Shown: one piece after another, positions 1-12,657 of the stretch
How positions within the stretch are numbered: position 1 is the first letter of the stretch
Layout: each line of letters begins with the position of its first letter
From: Auanema rhodensis
Taxonomy: Eukaryota; Animalia; Nematoda
NCBI GenBank assembly: GCA_964057225.1
Contig: OZ059900.1
Span: 22,134,001-22,198,000 of the forward strand
Length of the DNA stretch: 64,000 nucleotides
Direction of reading: 5' to 3'
Position numbers and translations under genes: made by a program
The notes under the pieces: model-generated
What the model was told of the DNA's origin: nothing
Databases searched by the model: none
Seen by the model: the letters and a program-made list of their open reading frames with translations, nothing else

Positions 1-342
1 TGTAAAATGCTTCATTTTAGTATGTAACACGCTGAAATTCGTTGCATTTGACGACTCATATGAACAAAAATCGATTTAATCAATATTAGCCATAAGGGGC
101 GTGCCCTCAGAATATGCTAATTTCCTTAATTTTCTAACCCCTGTTTTTTTGTCGTGAAAGTGGAACTAGGCGTTGTACGAACAATTTTGAGCTAGGTTTC
201 ATTGACATTGCATGAGTTTGAACACATGAAATCGTAAGTGAAAACCTTGTTTACAGCGAAATTTCCAAAAACTGGTTTTCCAGCATAATAAAATATTTCT
301 CATGGGAAATACTGTGTTTTTGTATTTTTCTAGTGTTCAGCA
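1..342 (+). repeat. Representative 342-bp monomer (phase arbitrary; differs from consensus at A170G and C240G)
   Basis: Runs TGTAAAATGC...TAGTGTTCAGCA and is immediately followed by the next TGTAAAAT at 343. Consensus has about 116 G+C in 342 bp and 10 CpG. Confidence 0.97.
294..311. other. 18-bp near-perfect palindrome present once per monomer (TATTTCTCATGGGAAATA)
   Basis: It is its own reverse complement except for one pair (T300/G305). The variant TATTTCTCATGAGAAATA is perfect, for example at 40994-41011. Confidence 0.9.
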
Positions 343-3300
343 TGTAAAATGCTTCATTTTAGTATGTAACACGCTGAAATTCGTTGCATTTGACGACTCA
401 TATGAACAAAAATCGATTTAATCAATATTAGCCATAAGGGGCGTGCCCTCAGAATATGCTAACTTCCTTAATTTTCTAACCCCTGTTTTTTTGTCGTGAA
501 AGTGGAACTAGACGTTGTACGAACAATTTTGAGCTAGGTTTCATTGACATTGCATGAGTTTGAACACATGAAATCGTAAGTCAAAACCTTGTTTACAGCG
601 AAATTTCCAAAAACTGGTTTTCCAGCATAATAAAATATTTCTCATGGGAAATACTGTGTTTTTGTATTTTTCTAGTGTTCAGCATGTAAAATGCTTCATT
701 TTAGTATGTAACACGCTGAAATTCGTTACATTTGACGACTCATATGAACAAAAATCGATTTAATCAATATTAGCCATAAGGGGCGTGCCCTCAGAATATG
801 CTAATTTCCTTAATTTTCTAACCCCTGTTTTTTTGTCGTGAAAGTGGAACTAGACGTTGTACGAACAATTTTGAGCTAGGTTTCATTGACATTGCATGAG
901 TTTGAACACATGAAATCGTAAGTCAAAACCTTGTTTACAGCGAAATTTCCAAAAACTGGTTTTCCAGCATAATAAAATATTTCTCATGGGAAATACTGTG
1001 TTTTTGTATTTTTCTAGTGTTCAGCATGTAAAATGCTTCATTTTAGTATGTAACACGCTGTAATTCGTTGCATTTGACGACTCATATGAACAAAAATCGA
1101 TTTAATCAATATTAGCCATAAGGGGCGTGCCCTCAGAATATGCTAATTTCCTTAATTTTCTAACCCCTGTTTTTTTGTCGTGAAAGTGGAACTAGACGTT
1201 GTACGAACAATTTTGAGCTAAGTTTCATTGACATTGCATGAGTTTGAACACATGAAATCGTAAGTCAAAACCTTGTTTACAGCGAAATTTCCAAAAACTG
1301 GTTTTCCAGCATAATAAAATATTTCTCATGGGAAATACTGTGTTTTTGTATTTTTCTAGTGTTCAGCATGTAAAATGCTTCATTTTAGTATGTAACACGC
1401 TGTAATTTGTTGCATTTGACGACTCATATGAACAAAAATCGATTTAATCAATATTAGCCATAAGGGGCGTGCCCTCAGAATATGCTAACTTCCTTAATTT
1501 TCTAACCCCTGTTTTTTTGTCGTGAAAGTGGAACTAGACGTTGTACGAACAATTTTGAGCTAGGTTTCATTGACATTGCATGAGTTTGAACACATGAAAT
1601 CGTAAGTCAAAACCTTGTTTACAGCGAAATTTCCAAAAACTGGTTTTCCAGCATAATAAAATATTTCTCATGGGAAATACTGTGTTTTTGTATTTTTCTA
1701 GTGTTCAGCATGTAAAATGCTTCATTTTAGTATGTAACACGCTGAAATTCGTTACATTTGACGACTCATATGAACAAAAATCGATTTAATCAATATTAGC
1801 CATAAGGGGCGTGCCCTCAGAATATGCTAATTTCCTTAATTTTCTAACCCCTGTTTTTTTGTCGTGAAAGTGGAACTAGACGTTGTACGAACAATTTTGA
1901 GCTAGGTTTCATTGACATTGCATGAGTTTGAACACATGAAATCGTAAGTCAAAACCTTGTTTACAGCGAAATTTCCAAAAACTGGTTTTCCAGCATAATA
2001 AAATATTTCTCATGGGAAATACTGTGTTTTTGTATTTTTCTAGTGTTCAGCATGTAAAATGCTTCATTTTAGTATGTAACACGCTGAAATTCGTTGCATT
2101 TGACGACTCATATGAACAAAAATCGATTTAATCAATATTAGCTATAAGGGGCGTGCCCTCAGAATATGCTAATTTCCTTAATTTTCTAACCCCTGTTTTT
2201 TTGTCGTGAAAGTGGAACTAGACGTTGTACGAACAATTTTGAGCTAAGTTTCATTGACATTGCATGAGTTTGAACACATGAAATCGTAAGTCAAAACCTT
2301 GTTTACAGCGAAATTTCCAAAAACTGGTTTTCCAGCATAATAAAATATTTCTCATGGGAAATACTGTGTTTTTGTATTTTTCTAGTGTTCAGCATGTAAA
2401 ATGCTTCATTTTAGTATGTAACACGCTGTAATTCGTTGCATTTGACGACTCATATGAACAAAAATCGATTTAATCAATATTAGCCATAAGGGGCGTGCCC
2501 TCAGAATATGCTAATTTCCTTAATTTTCTAACCCCTGTTTTTTTGTCGTGAAAGTGGAACTAGACGTTGTACGAACAATTTTGAGCTAAGTTTCATTGAC
2601 ATTGCATGAGTTTGAACACATGAAATCGTAAGTCAAAACCTTGTTTACAGCGAAATTTCCAAAAACTGGTTTTCCAGCATAATAAAATATTTCTCATGGG
2701 AAATACTGTGTTTTTGTATTTTTCTAGTGTTCAGCATGTAAAATGCTTCATTTTAGTATGTAACACGCTGTAATTTGTTGCATTTGACGACTCATATGAA
2801 CAAAAATCGATTTAATCAATATTAGCCATAAGGGGCGTGCCCTCAGAATATGCTAATTTCCTTAATTTTCTAACCCCTGTTTTTTTGTCGTGAAAGTGGA
2901 ACTAGACGTTGTACGAACAATTTTGAGCTAGGTTTCATTGACATTGCATGAGTTTGAACACATGAAATCGTAAGTCAAAACCTTGTTTACAGCGAAATTT
3001 CCAAAAACTGGTTTTCCAGCATAATAAAATATTTCTCATGGGAAATACTGTGTTTTTGTATTTTACTAGTGTTCAGCATGTAAAATGCTTCATTTTAGTA
3101 TGTAACACGCTGAAATTCGTTGCATTTGACGACTCATATGAACAAAAATCGATTTAATCAATATTAGCCATAAGGGGCGTGCCCTCAGAATATGCTAATT
3201 TCCTTAATTTTCTAACCCCTGTTTTTTTGTCGTGAAAGTGGAACTAGACGTTGTACGAACAATTTTGAGCTAGGTTTCATTGACATTGCATGAGTTTGAA

Positions 3301-6300
3301 CACATGAAATCGTAAGTCAAAACCTTGTTTACAGCGAAATTTCCAAAAACTGGTTTTCCAGCATAATAAAATATTTCTCATGGGAAATACTGTGTTTTTG
3401 CATTTTTCTAGTGTTCAGCATGTAAAATGCTTCATTTTAGTATGTAACACGCTGAAATTCGTTGCATTTGACGACTCATATGAACAAAAATCGATTTAAT
3501 CAATATTAGCCATAAGGGGCGTGCCCTCAGAATATGCTAATTTCCTTAATTTTCTAACCCCTGTTTTTTTGTCGTGAAAGTGGAACTAGGCGTTGTACGA
3601 ACAATTTTGAGCTAGGTTTCATTGACATTGCATGAGTTTGAACACATGAAATCGTAAGTGAAAACCTTGTTTACAGCGAAATTTCCAAAAACTGGTTTTC
3701 CAGCATAATAAAATATTTCTCATGGGAAATACTGTGTTTTTGTATTTTTCTAGTGTTCAGCATGTAAAATGCTTCATTTTAGTATGTAACACGCTGAAAT
3801 TCGTTGCATTTGACGACTCATATGAACAAAAATCGATTTAATCAATATTAGCCATAAGGGGCGTGCCCTCAGAATATGCTAACTTCCTTAATTTTCTAAC
3901 CCCTGTTTTTTTGTCGTGAAAGTGGAACTAGACGTTGTACGAACAATTTTGAGCTAGGTTTCATTGACATTGCATGAGTTTGAACACATGAAATCGTAAG
4001 TCAAAACCTTGTTTACAGCGAAATTTCCAAAAACTGGTTTTCCAGCATAATAAAATATTTCTCATGGGAAATACTGTGTTTTTGTTTTTTTCTAGTGTTC
4101 AGCATGTAAAATGCTTAATTTTAGTATGTAACACGCTGAAATTCGTTGCATTTGACGACTCATATGAACAAAAATCGATTTAATCAATATTAGCCATAAG
4201 GGGCGTGCCCTCAGAATATGCTAATTTCCTTAATTTTCTAACCCCTGTTTTTTTGTCGTGAAAGTGGAACTAGACGTTGTACGAACAATTTTGAGCTAGG
4301 TTTCATTGACATTGCATGAGTTTGAACACATGAAATCGTAAGTCAAAACCTTGTTTACAGCGAAATTTCCAAAAACTGGTTTTCCAGCATAATAAAATAT
4401 TTCTCATGGGAAATACTGTGTTTTTGTATTTTTCTAGTGTTCAGCATGTAAAATGCTTCATTTTAGTATGTAACACGCTGAAATTCGTTGCATTTGACGA
4501 CTCATATGAACAAAAATCGATTTAATCAATATTAGCCATAAGGGGCGTGCCCTCAGAATATGCTAATTTCCTTAATTTTCTAACCCCTGTTTTTTTGTCG
4601 TGAAAGTGGAACTAGACGTTGTACGAACAATTTTGAGCTAGGTTTCATTGACATTGCATGAGTTTGAACACATGAAATCGTAAGTCAAAACCTTGTTTAC
4701 AGCGAAATTTCCAAAAACTGGTTTTCCAGCATAATAAAATATTTTTCATGAGAAATACTGTGTTTTTGTATTTTTCTAGTGTTCAGCATGTAAAATGCTT
4801 CATTTTAGTATGTAACACGCTGAAATTCGTTGCATTTGACGACTCATATGAACAAAAATCGATTTAATCAATATTAGCCATAAGGGGCGTGCCCTCAGAA
4901 TATGCTAATTTCCTTAATTTTCTAACCCCTGTTTTTTTTGTCGTGAAAGTGGAACTAGACGTTGTACAAACAATTTTGAGCTAGGTTTCATTGACATTGC
5001 ATGAATTTGAACACATGAAATCGTAAGTGAAAACCTTGTTTACAGCGAAATTTCCAAAAACTGGTTTTCCAGCATAATAAAATATTTCTCATGGGAAATA
5101 CTGTGTTTTTGTATTTTTCTAGTGTTCAGCATGTAAAATGCTTCATTTTAGTATGTAACACGCTGAAATTCGTTGCATTTGACGACTCATATGAACAAAA
5201 ATCGATTTAATCAATATTAGCCATAAGGGGCGTGCCCTCAGAATATGCTAATTTCCTTAATTTTCTAACCCCTGTTTTTTTGTCGTGAAAGTGGAACTAG
5301 GCGTTGTACGAACAATTTTGAGCTAGGTTTCATTGACATTGCTTGAGTTTGAACACATGAAATCGTAAGTGAAAACCTTGTTTACAGCGAAATTTCCAAA
5401 AACTGGTTTTCCAGCATAATAAAATATTTCTCATGGGAAATACTGTGTTTTTGTATTTTTCTAGTGTTCAGCATGTAAAATGCTTCATTTTAGTATGTAA
5501 CACGCTGAAATTCGTTGCATTTGACGACTCATATGAACAAAAATCGATTTAATCAATATTAGCCATAAGGGGCGTGCCCTCAGAATATGCTAACTTCCTT
5601 AATTTTCTAACCCCTGTTTTTTTGTCGTGAAAGTGGAACTAGACGTTGTACGAACAATTTTGAGCTAGGTTTCATTGATATTGCATGAGTTTGAACACAT
5701 GAAATCGTAAGTCAAAACCTTGTTTACAGCGAAATTTCCAAAAACTGGTTTTCCAGCATAATAAAATATTTCTCATGGGAAATACTGTGTTTTTGTATTT
5801 TTCTAGTGTTCAGCATGTAAAATGCTTCATTTTAGTATGTAACACGCTGAAATTCGTTACATTTGACGACTCATATGAACAAAAATCGATTTAATCAATA
5901 TTAGCCATAAGGGGCGTGCCCTCAGAATATGCTAATTTCCTTAATTTTCTAACCCCTGTTTTTTTGTCGTGAAAGTGGAACTAGACGTTGTACGAACAAT
6001 TTTGAGCTAGGTTTCATTGACATTGCATGAGTTTGAACACATGAAATCGTAAGTCAAAACCTTGTTTACAGCGAAATTTCCAAAAACTGGTTTTCCAGCA
6101 TAATAAAATATTTCTCATGGGAAATACTGTGTTTTTGTATTTTTCTAGTGTTCAGCATGTAAAATGCTTCATTTTAGTATGTAACACGCTGAAATTCGTT
6201 GCATTTGACGACTCATATGAACAAAAATCGATTTAATCAATATTAGCTATAAGGGGCGTGCCCTCAGAATATGCTAATTTCCTTAATTTTCTAACCCCTG

Positions 6301-9300
6301 TTTTTTTGTCGTGAAAGTGGAACTAGACGTTGTACGAACAATTTTGAGCTAAGTTTCATTGACATTGCATGAGTTTGAACACATGAAATCGTAAGTCAAA
6401 ACCTTGTTTACAGCGAAATTTCCAAAAACTGGTTTTCCAGCATAATAAAATATTTCTCATGGGAAATACTGTGTTTTTGTATTTTTCTAGTGTTCAGCAT
6501 GTAAAATGCTTCATTTTAGTATGTAACACGCTGTAATTCGTTGCATTTGACGACTCATATGAACAAAAATCGATTTAATCAATATTAGCCATAAGGGGCG
6601 TGCCCTCAGAATATGCTAATTTCCTTAATTTTCTAACCCCTGTTTTTTTGTCGTGAAAGTGGAACTAGACGTTGTACGAACAATTTTGAGCTAGGTTTCA
6701 TTGACATTGCATGAGTTTGAACACATGAAATCGTAAGTCAAAACCTTGTTTACAGCGAAATTTCCAAAAACTGGTTTTCCAGCATAATAAAATATTTCTC
6801 ATGGGAAATACTGTGTTTTTGTATTTTACTAGTGTTCAGCATGTAAAATACTTCATTTTAGTATGTAACACGCTGAAATTCGTTGCATTTGACGACTCAT
6901 ATGAACAAAAATCGATTTAATCAATATTAGCCATAAGGGGCGTGCCCTCAGAATATGCTAATTTCCTTAATTTTCTAACCCCTGTTTTTTTGTCGTGAAA
7001 GTGGAACTAGACGTTGTACGAACAATTTTGAGCTAGGTTTCATTGACATTGCATGAGTTTGAACACATGAAATCGTAAGTCAAAACCTTGTTTACAGCGA
7101 AATTTCCAAAAACTGGTTTTCCAGCATAATAAAATATTTCTCATGGGAAATACTGTGTTTTTGTATTTTTCTAGTGTTCAGCATGTAAAATGCTTCATTT
7201 TAGTATGTAACACGCTGAAATTCGTTGCATTTGACGACTCATATGAACAAAAATCGATTTAATCAATATTAGCCATAAGGGGCGTGCCCTCAGAATATGC
7301 TAATTTCCTTAATTTTCTAACCCCTGTTTTTTTGTCGTGAAAGTGGAACTAGGCGTTGTACGAACAATTTTGAGCTAGGTTTCATTGACATTGCATGAGT
7401 TTGAACACATGAAATCGTAAGTGAAAACCTTGTTTACAGCGAAATTTCCAAAAACTGGTTTTCCAGCATAATAAAATATTTCTCATGGGAAATACTGTGT
7501 TTTTGTATTTTTCTAGTGTTCAGCATGTAAAATGCTTCATTTTAGTATGTAACACGCTGAAATTCGTTGCATTTGACGACTCATATGAACAAAAATCGAT
7601 TTAATCAATATTAGCCATAAGGGGCGTGCCCTCAGAATATGCTAACTTCCTTAATTTTCTAACCCCTGTTTTTTTGTCGTGAAAGTGGAACTAGACGTTG
7701 TACGAACAATTTTGAGCTAGGTTTCATTGACATTGCATGAGTTTGAACACATGAAATCGTAAGTCAAAACCTTGTTTACAGCGAAATTTCCAAAAACTGG
7801 TTTTCCAGCATAATAAAATATTTCTCATGGGAAATACTGTGTTTTTGTTTTTTTCTAGTGTTCAGCATGTAAAATGCTTAATTTTAGTATGTAACACGCT
7901 GAAATTCGTTGCATTTGACGACTCATATGAACAAAAATCGATTTAATCAATATTAGCCATAAGGGGCGTGCCCTCAGAATATGCTAATTTCCTTAATTTT
8001 CTAACCCCTGTTTTTTTGTCGTGAAAGTGGAACTAGACGTTGTACGAACAATTTTGAGCTAGGTTTCATTGACATTGCATGAGTTTGAACACATGAAATC
8101 GTAAGTCAAAACCTTGTTTACAGCGAAATTTCCAAAAACTGGTTTTCCAGCATAATAAAATATTTCTCATGGGAAATACTGTGTTTTTGTATTTTTCTAG
8201 TGTTCAGCATGTAAAATGTTTCATTTTAGTATGTAACACGCTGAAATTCGTTACATTTGACGACTCATATGAACAAAAATCGATTTAATCAATATTAGCC
8301 ATAAGGGGCGTGCCCTCAGAATATGCTAATTTCCTTAATTTTCTAACCCCTGTTTTTTTGTCGTGAAAGTGGAACTAGACGTTGTACGAACAATTTTGAG
8401 CTAGGTTTCATTGACATTGCATGAGTTTGAACACATGAAATCGTAAGTCAAAACCTTGTTTACAGCGAAATTTCCAAAAACTGGTTTTCCAGCATAATAA
8501 AATATTTCTCATGGGAAATACTGTGTTTTTGTATTTTTCTAGTGTTCAGCATGTAAAATGCTTCATTTTAGTATGTAACACGCTGAAATTCGTTGCATTT
8601 GACGACTCATATGAACAAAAATCGATTTAATCAATATTAGCCATAAGGGGCGTGCCCTCAGAATATGCTAATTTCCTTAATTTTCTAACCCCTGTTTTTT
8701 TGTCGTGAAAGTGGAACTAGACGTTGTACGAACAATTTTGAGCTAGGTTTCATTGACATTGCATGAGTTTGAACACATGAAATCGTAAGTCAAAACCTTG
8801 TTTACAGCGAAATTTCCAAAAACTGGTTTTCCAGCATAATAAAATATTTTTCATGAGAAATACTGTGTTTTTGTATTTTTCTAGTGTTCAGCATGTAAAA
8901 TGCTTCATTTTAGTATGTAACACGCTGAAATTCGTTGCATTTGACGACTCATATGAACAAAAATCGATTTAATCAATATTAGCCATAAGGGGCGTGCCCT
9001 CAGAATATGCTAATTTCCTTAATTTTCTAACCCCTGTTTTTTTTGTCGTGAAAGTGGAACTAGACGTTGTACAAACAATTTTGAGCTAGGTTTCATTGAC
9101 ATTGCATGAATTTGAACACATGAAATCGTAAGTCAAAACCTTGTTTACAGCGAAATTTCCAAAAACTGGTTTTCCAGCATAATAAAATATTTCTCATGGG
9201 AAATACTGTGTTTTTGTATTTTTCTAGTGTTCAGCATGTAAAATGCTTCATTTTAGTATGTAACACGCTGAAATTCGTTGCATTTGACGACTCATATGAA

Positions 9301-12300
9301 CAAAAATCGATTTAATCAATATTAGCCATAAGGGGCGTGCCCTCAGAATATGCTAATTTCCTTAATTTTCTAACCCCTGTTTTTTTGTCGTGAAAGTGGA
9401 ACTAGGCGTTGTACGAACAATTTTGAGCTAGGTTTCATTGACATTGCTTGAGTTTGAACACATGAAATCGTAAGTGAAAACCTTGTTTACAGCGAAATTT
9501 CCAAAAACTGGTTTTCCAGCATAATAAAATATTTCTCATGGGAAATACTGTGTTTTTGTATTTTTCTAGTGTTCAGCATGTAAAATGCTTCATTTTAGTA
9601 TGTAACACGCTGAAATTCGTTGCATTTGACGACTCATATGAACAAAAATCGATTTAATCAATATTAGCCATAAGGGGCGTGCCCTCAGAATATGCTAACT
9701 TCCTTAATTTTCTAACCCCTGTTTTTTTGTCGTGAAAGTGGAACTAGACGTTGTACGAACAATTTTGAGCTAGGTTTCATTGATATTGCATGAGTTTGAA
9801 CACATGAAATCGTAAGTCAAAACCTTGTTTACAGCGAAATTTCCAAAAACTGGTTTTCCAGCATAATAAAATATTTCTCATGGGAAATACTGTGTTTTTG
9901 TATTTTTCTAGTGTTCAGCATGTAAAATGCTTCATTTTAGTATGTAACACGCTGAAATTCGTTACATTTGACGACTCATATGAACAAAAATCGATTTAAT
10001 CAATATTAGCCATAAGGGGCGTGCCCTCAGAATATGCTAATTTCCTTAATTTTCTAACCCCTGTTTTTTTGTCGTGAAAGTGGAACTAGACGTTGTACGA
10101 ACAATTTTGAGCTAGGTTTCATTGACATTGCATGAGTTTGAACACATGAAATCGTAAGTCAAAACCTTGTTTACAGCGAAATTTCCAAAAACTGGTTTTC
10201 CAGCATAATAAAATATTTCTCATGGGAAATACTGTGTTTTTGTATTTTTCTAGTGTTCAGCATGTAAAATGCTTCATTTTAGTATGTAACACGCTGAAAT
10301 TCGTTGCATTTGACGACTCATATGAACAAAAATCGATTTAATCAATATTAGCTATAAGGGGCGTGCCCTCAGAATATGCTAATTTCCTTAATTTTCTAAC
10401 CCCTGTTTTTTTGTCGTGAAAGTGGAACTAGACGTTGTACGAACAATTTTGAGCTAAGTTTCATTGACATTGCATGAGTTTGAACACATGAAATCGTAAG
10501 TCAAAACCTTGTTTACAGCGAAATTTCCAAAAACTGGTTTTCCAGCATAATAAAATATTTCTCATGGGAAATACTGTGTTTTTGTATTTTTCTAGTGTTC
10601 AGCATGTAAAATGCTTCATTTTAGTATGTAACACGCTGTAATTCGTTGCATTTGACGACTCATATGAACAAAAATCGATTTAATCAATATTAGCCATAAG
10701 GGGCGTGCCCTCAGAATATGCTAATTTCCTTAATTTTCTAACCCCTGTTTTTTTGTCGTGAAACTGGAACTAGACGTTGTACGAACAATTTTGAGCTAGG
10801 TTTCATTGACATTGCATGAGTTTGAACACATGAAATCGTAAGTCAAAACCTTGTTTACAGCGAAATTTCCAAAAACTGGTTTTCCAGCATAATAAAATAT
10901 TTCTCATGGGAAATACTGTGTTTTTGTATTTTACTAGTGTTCAGCATGTAAAATGCTTCATTTTAGTATGTAACACGCTGAAATTCGTTGCATTTGACGA
11001 CTCATATGAACAAAAATCGATTTAATCAATATTAGCCATAAGGGGCGTGCCCTCAGAATATGCTAATTTCCTTAATTTTCTAACCCCTGTTTTTTTGTCG
11101 TGAAAGTGGAACTAGACGTTGTACGAACAATTTTGAGCTAGGTTTCATTGACATTGCATGAGTTTGAACACATGAAATCGTAAGTCAAAACCTTGTTTAC
11201 AGCGAAATTTCCAAAAACTGGTTTTCCAGCATAATAAAATATTTCTCATGGGAAATACTGTGTTTTTGTATTTTTCTAGTGTTCAGCATGTAAAATGCTT
11301 CATTTTAGTATGTAACACGCTGAAATTCGTTGCATTTGACGACTCATATGAACAAAAATCGATTTAATCAATATTAGCCATAAGGGGCGTGCCCTCAGAA
11401 TATGCTAATTTCCTTAATTTTCTAACCCCTGTTTTTTTGTCGTGAAAGTGGAACTAGGCGTTGTACGAACAATTTTGAGCTAGGTTTCATTGACATTGCA
11501 TGAGTTTGAACACATGAAATCGTAAGTGAAAACCTTGTTTACAGCGAAATTTCCAAAAACTGGTTTTCCAGCATAATAAAATATTTCTCATGGGAAATAC
11601 TGTGTTTTTGTATTTTTCTAGTGTTCAGCATGTAAAATGCTTCATTTTAGTATGTAACACGCTGAAATTCGTTGCATTTGACGACTCATATGAACAAAAA
11701 TCGATTTAATCAATATTAGCCATAAGGGGCGTGCCCTCAGAATATGCTAACTTCCTTAATTTTCTAACCCCTGTTTTTTTGTCGTGAAAGTGGAACTAGA
11801 CGTTGTACGAACAATTTTGAGCTAGGTTTCATTGACATTGCATGAGTTTGAACACATGAAATCGTAAGTCAAAACCTTGTTTACAGCGAAATTTCCAAAA
11901 ACTGGTTTTCCAGCATAATAAAATATTTCTCATGGGAAATACTGTGTTTTTGTTTTTTTCTAGTGTTCAGCATGTAAAATGCTTAATTTTAGTATGTAAC
12001 ACGCTGAAATTCGTTGCATTTGACGACTCATATGAACAAAAATCGATTTAATCAATATTAGCCATAAGGGGCGTGCCCTCAGAATATGCTAATTTCCTTA
12101 ATTTTCTAACCCCTGTTTTTTTGTCGTGAAAGTGGAACTAGACGTTGTACGAACAATTTTGAGCTAGGTTTCATTGACATTGCATGAGTTTGAACACATG
12201 AAATCGTAAGTCAAAACCTTGTTTACAGCGAAATTTCCAAAAACTGGTTTTCCAGCATAATAAAATATTTTTCATGAGAAATACTGTGTTTTTGTATTTT

Positions 12301-12657
12301 TCTAGTGTTCAGAATGTAAAATGCTTCATTTTAGTATGTAACACGCTGAAATTCGTTGCATTTGACGACTCATATGAACAAAAATCGATTTAATCAATAT
12401 TAGCCATAAGGGGCGTGCCCTCAGAATATGCTAATTTCCTTAATTTTCTAACCCCTGTTTTTTTTGTCGTGAAAGTGGAACTAAGCGTTGTACAAACAAT
12501 TTTGAGCTAGGTTTCATTGACATTGCATGAATTTGAACACATGAAATCGTAAGTCAAAACCTTGTTTACAGCGAAATTTCCAAAAACTGGTTTTCCAGCA
12601 TAATAAAATATTTCTCATGGGAAATACTGTGTTTTTGTATTTTTCTAGTGTTCAGCA

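Noticed and set aside
37-53. CENP-B-box-like ATTCGTTGCATTTGACG
   Set aside because: It matches TTCG----A but lacks the CGGG half (6 of 9 core positions), so it is not a canonical box.
134-142. Telomere-like CTAACCCCT
   Set aside because: It is a single partial motif per monomer, not a tandem telomeric tract.
202-207. Bacterial -35 consensus TTGACA in each monomer
   Set aside because: There is no TATAAT-like -10 at 16-18 bp, no downstream gene, and the context is a eukaryotic-type satellite, so it is a chance hexamer.
1-342. Primate alpha-satellite dimer (2 x 171 = 342 bp)
   Set aside because: The length matches, but I see no alpha-satellite sequence motifs such as CATTCTCAGAAACT.
1-342. 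Tandem 5S rRNA, tRNA or spliced-leader gene unit
   Set aside because: I could not recognise a 5S sequence, cloverleaf, Pol III A/B/C boxes or SL exon on either strand. The T7 tract alone is not enough. An Rfam/Infernal search would settle it.
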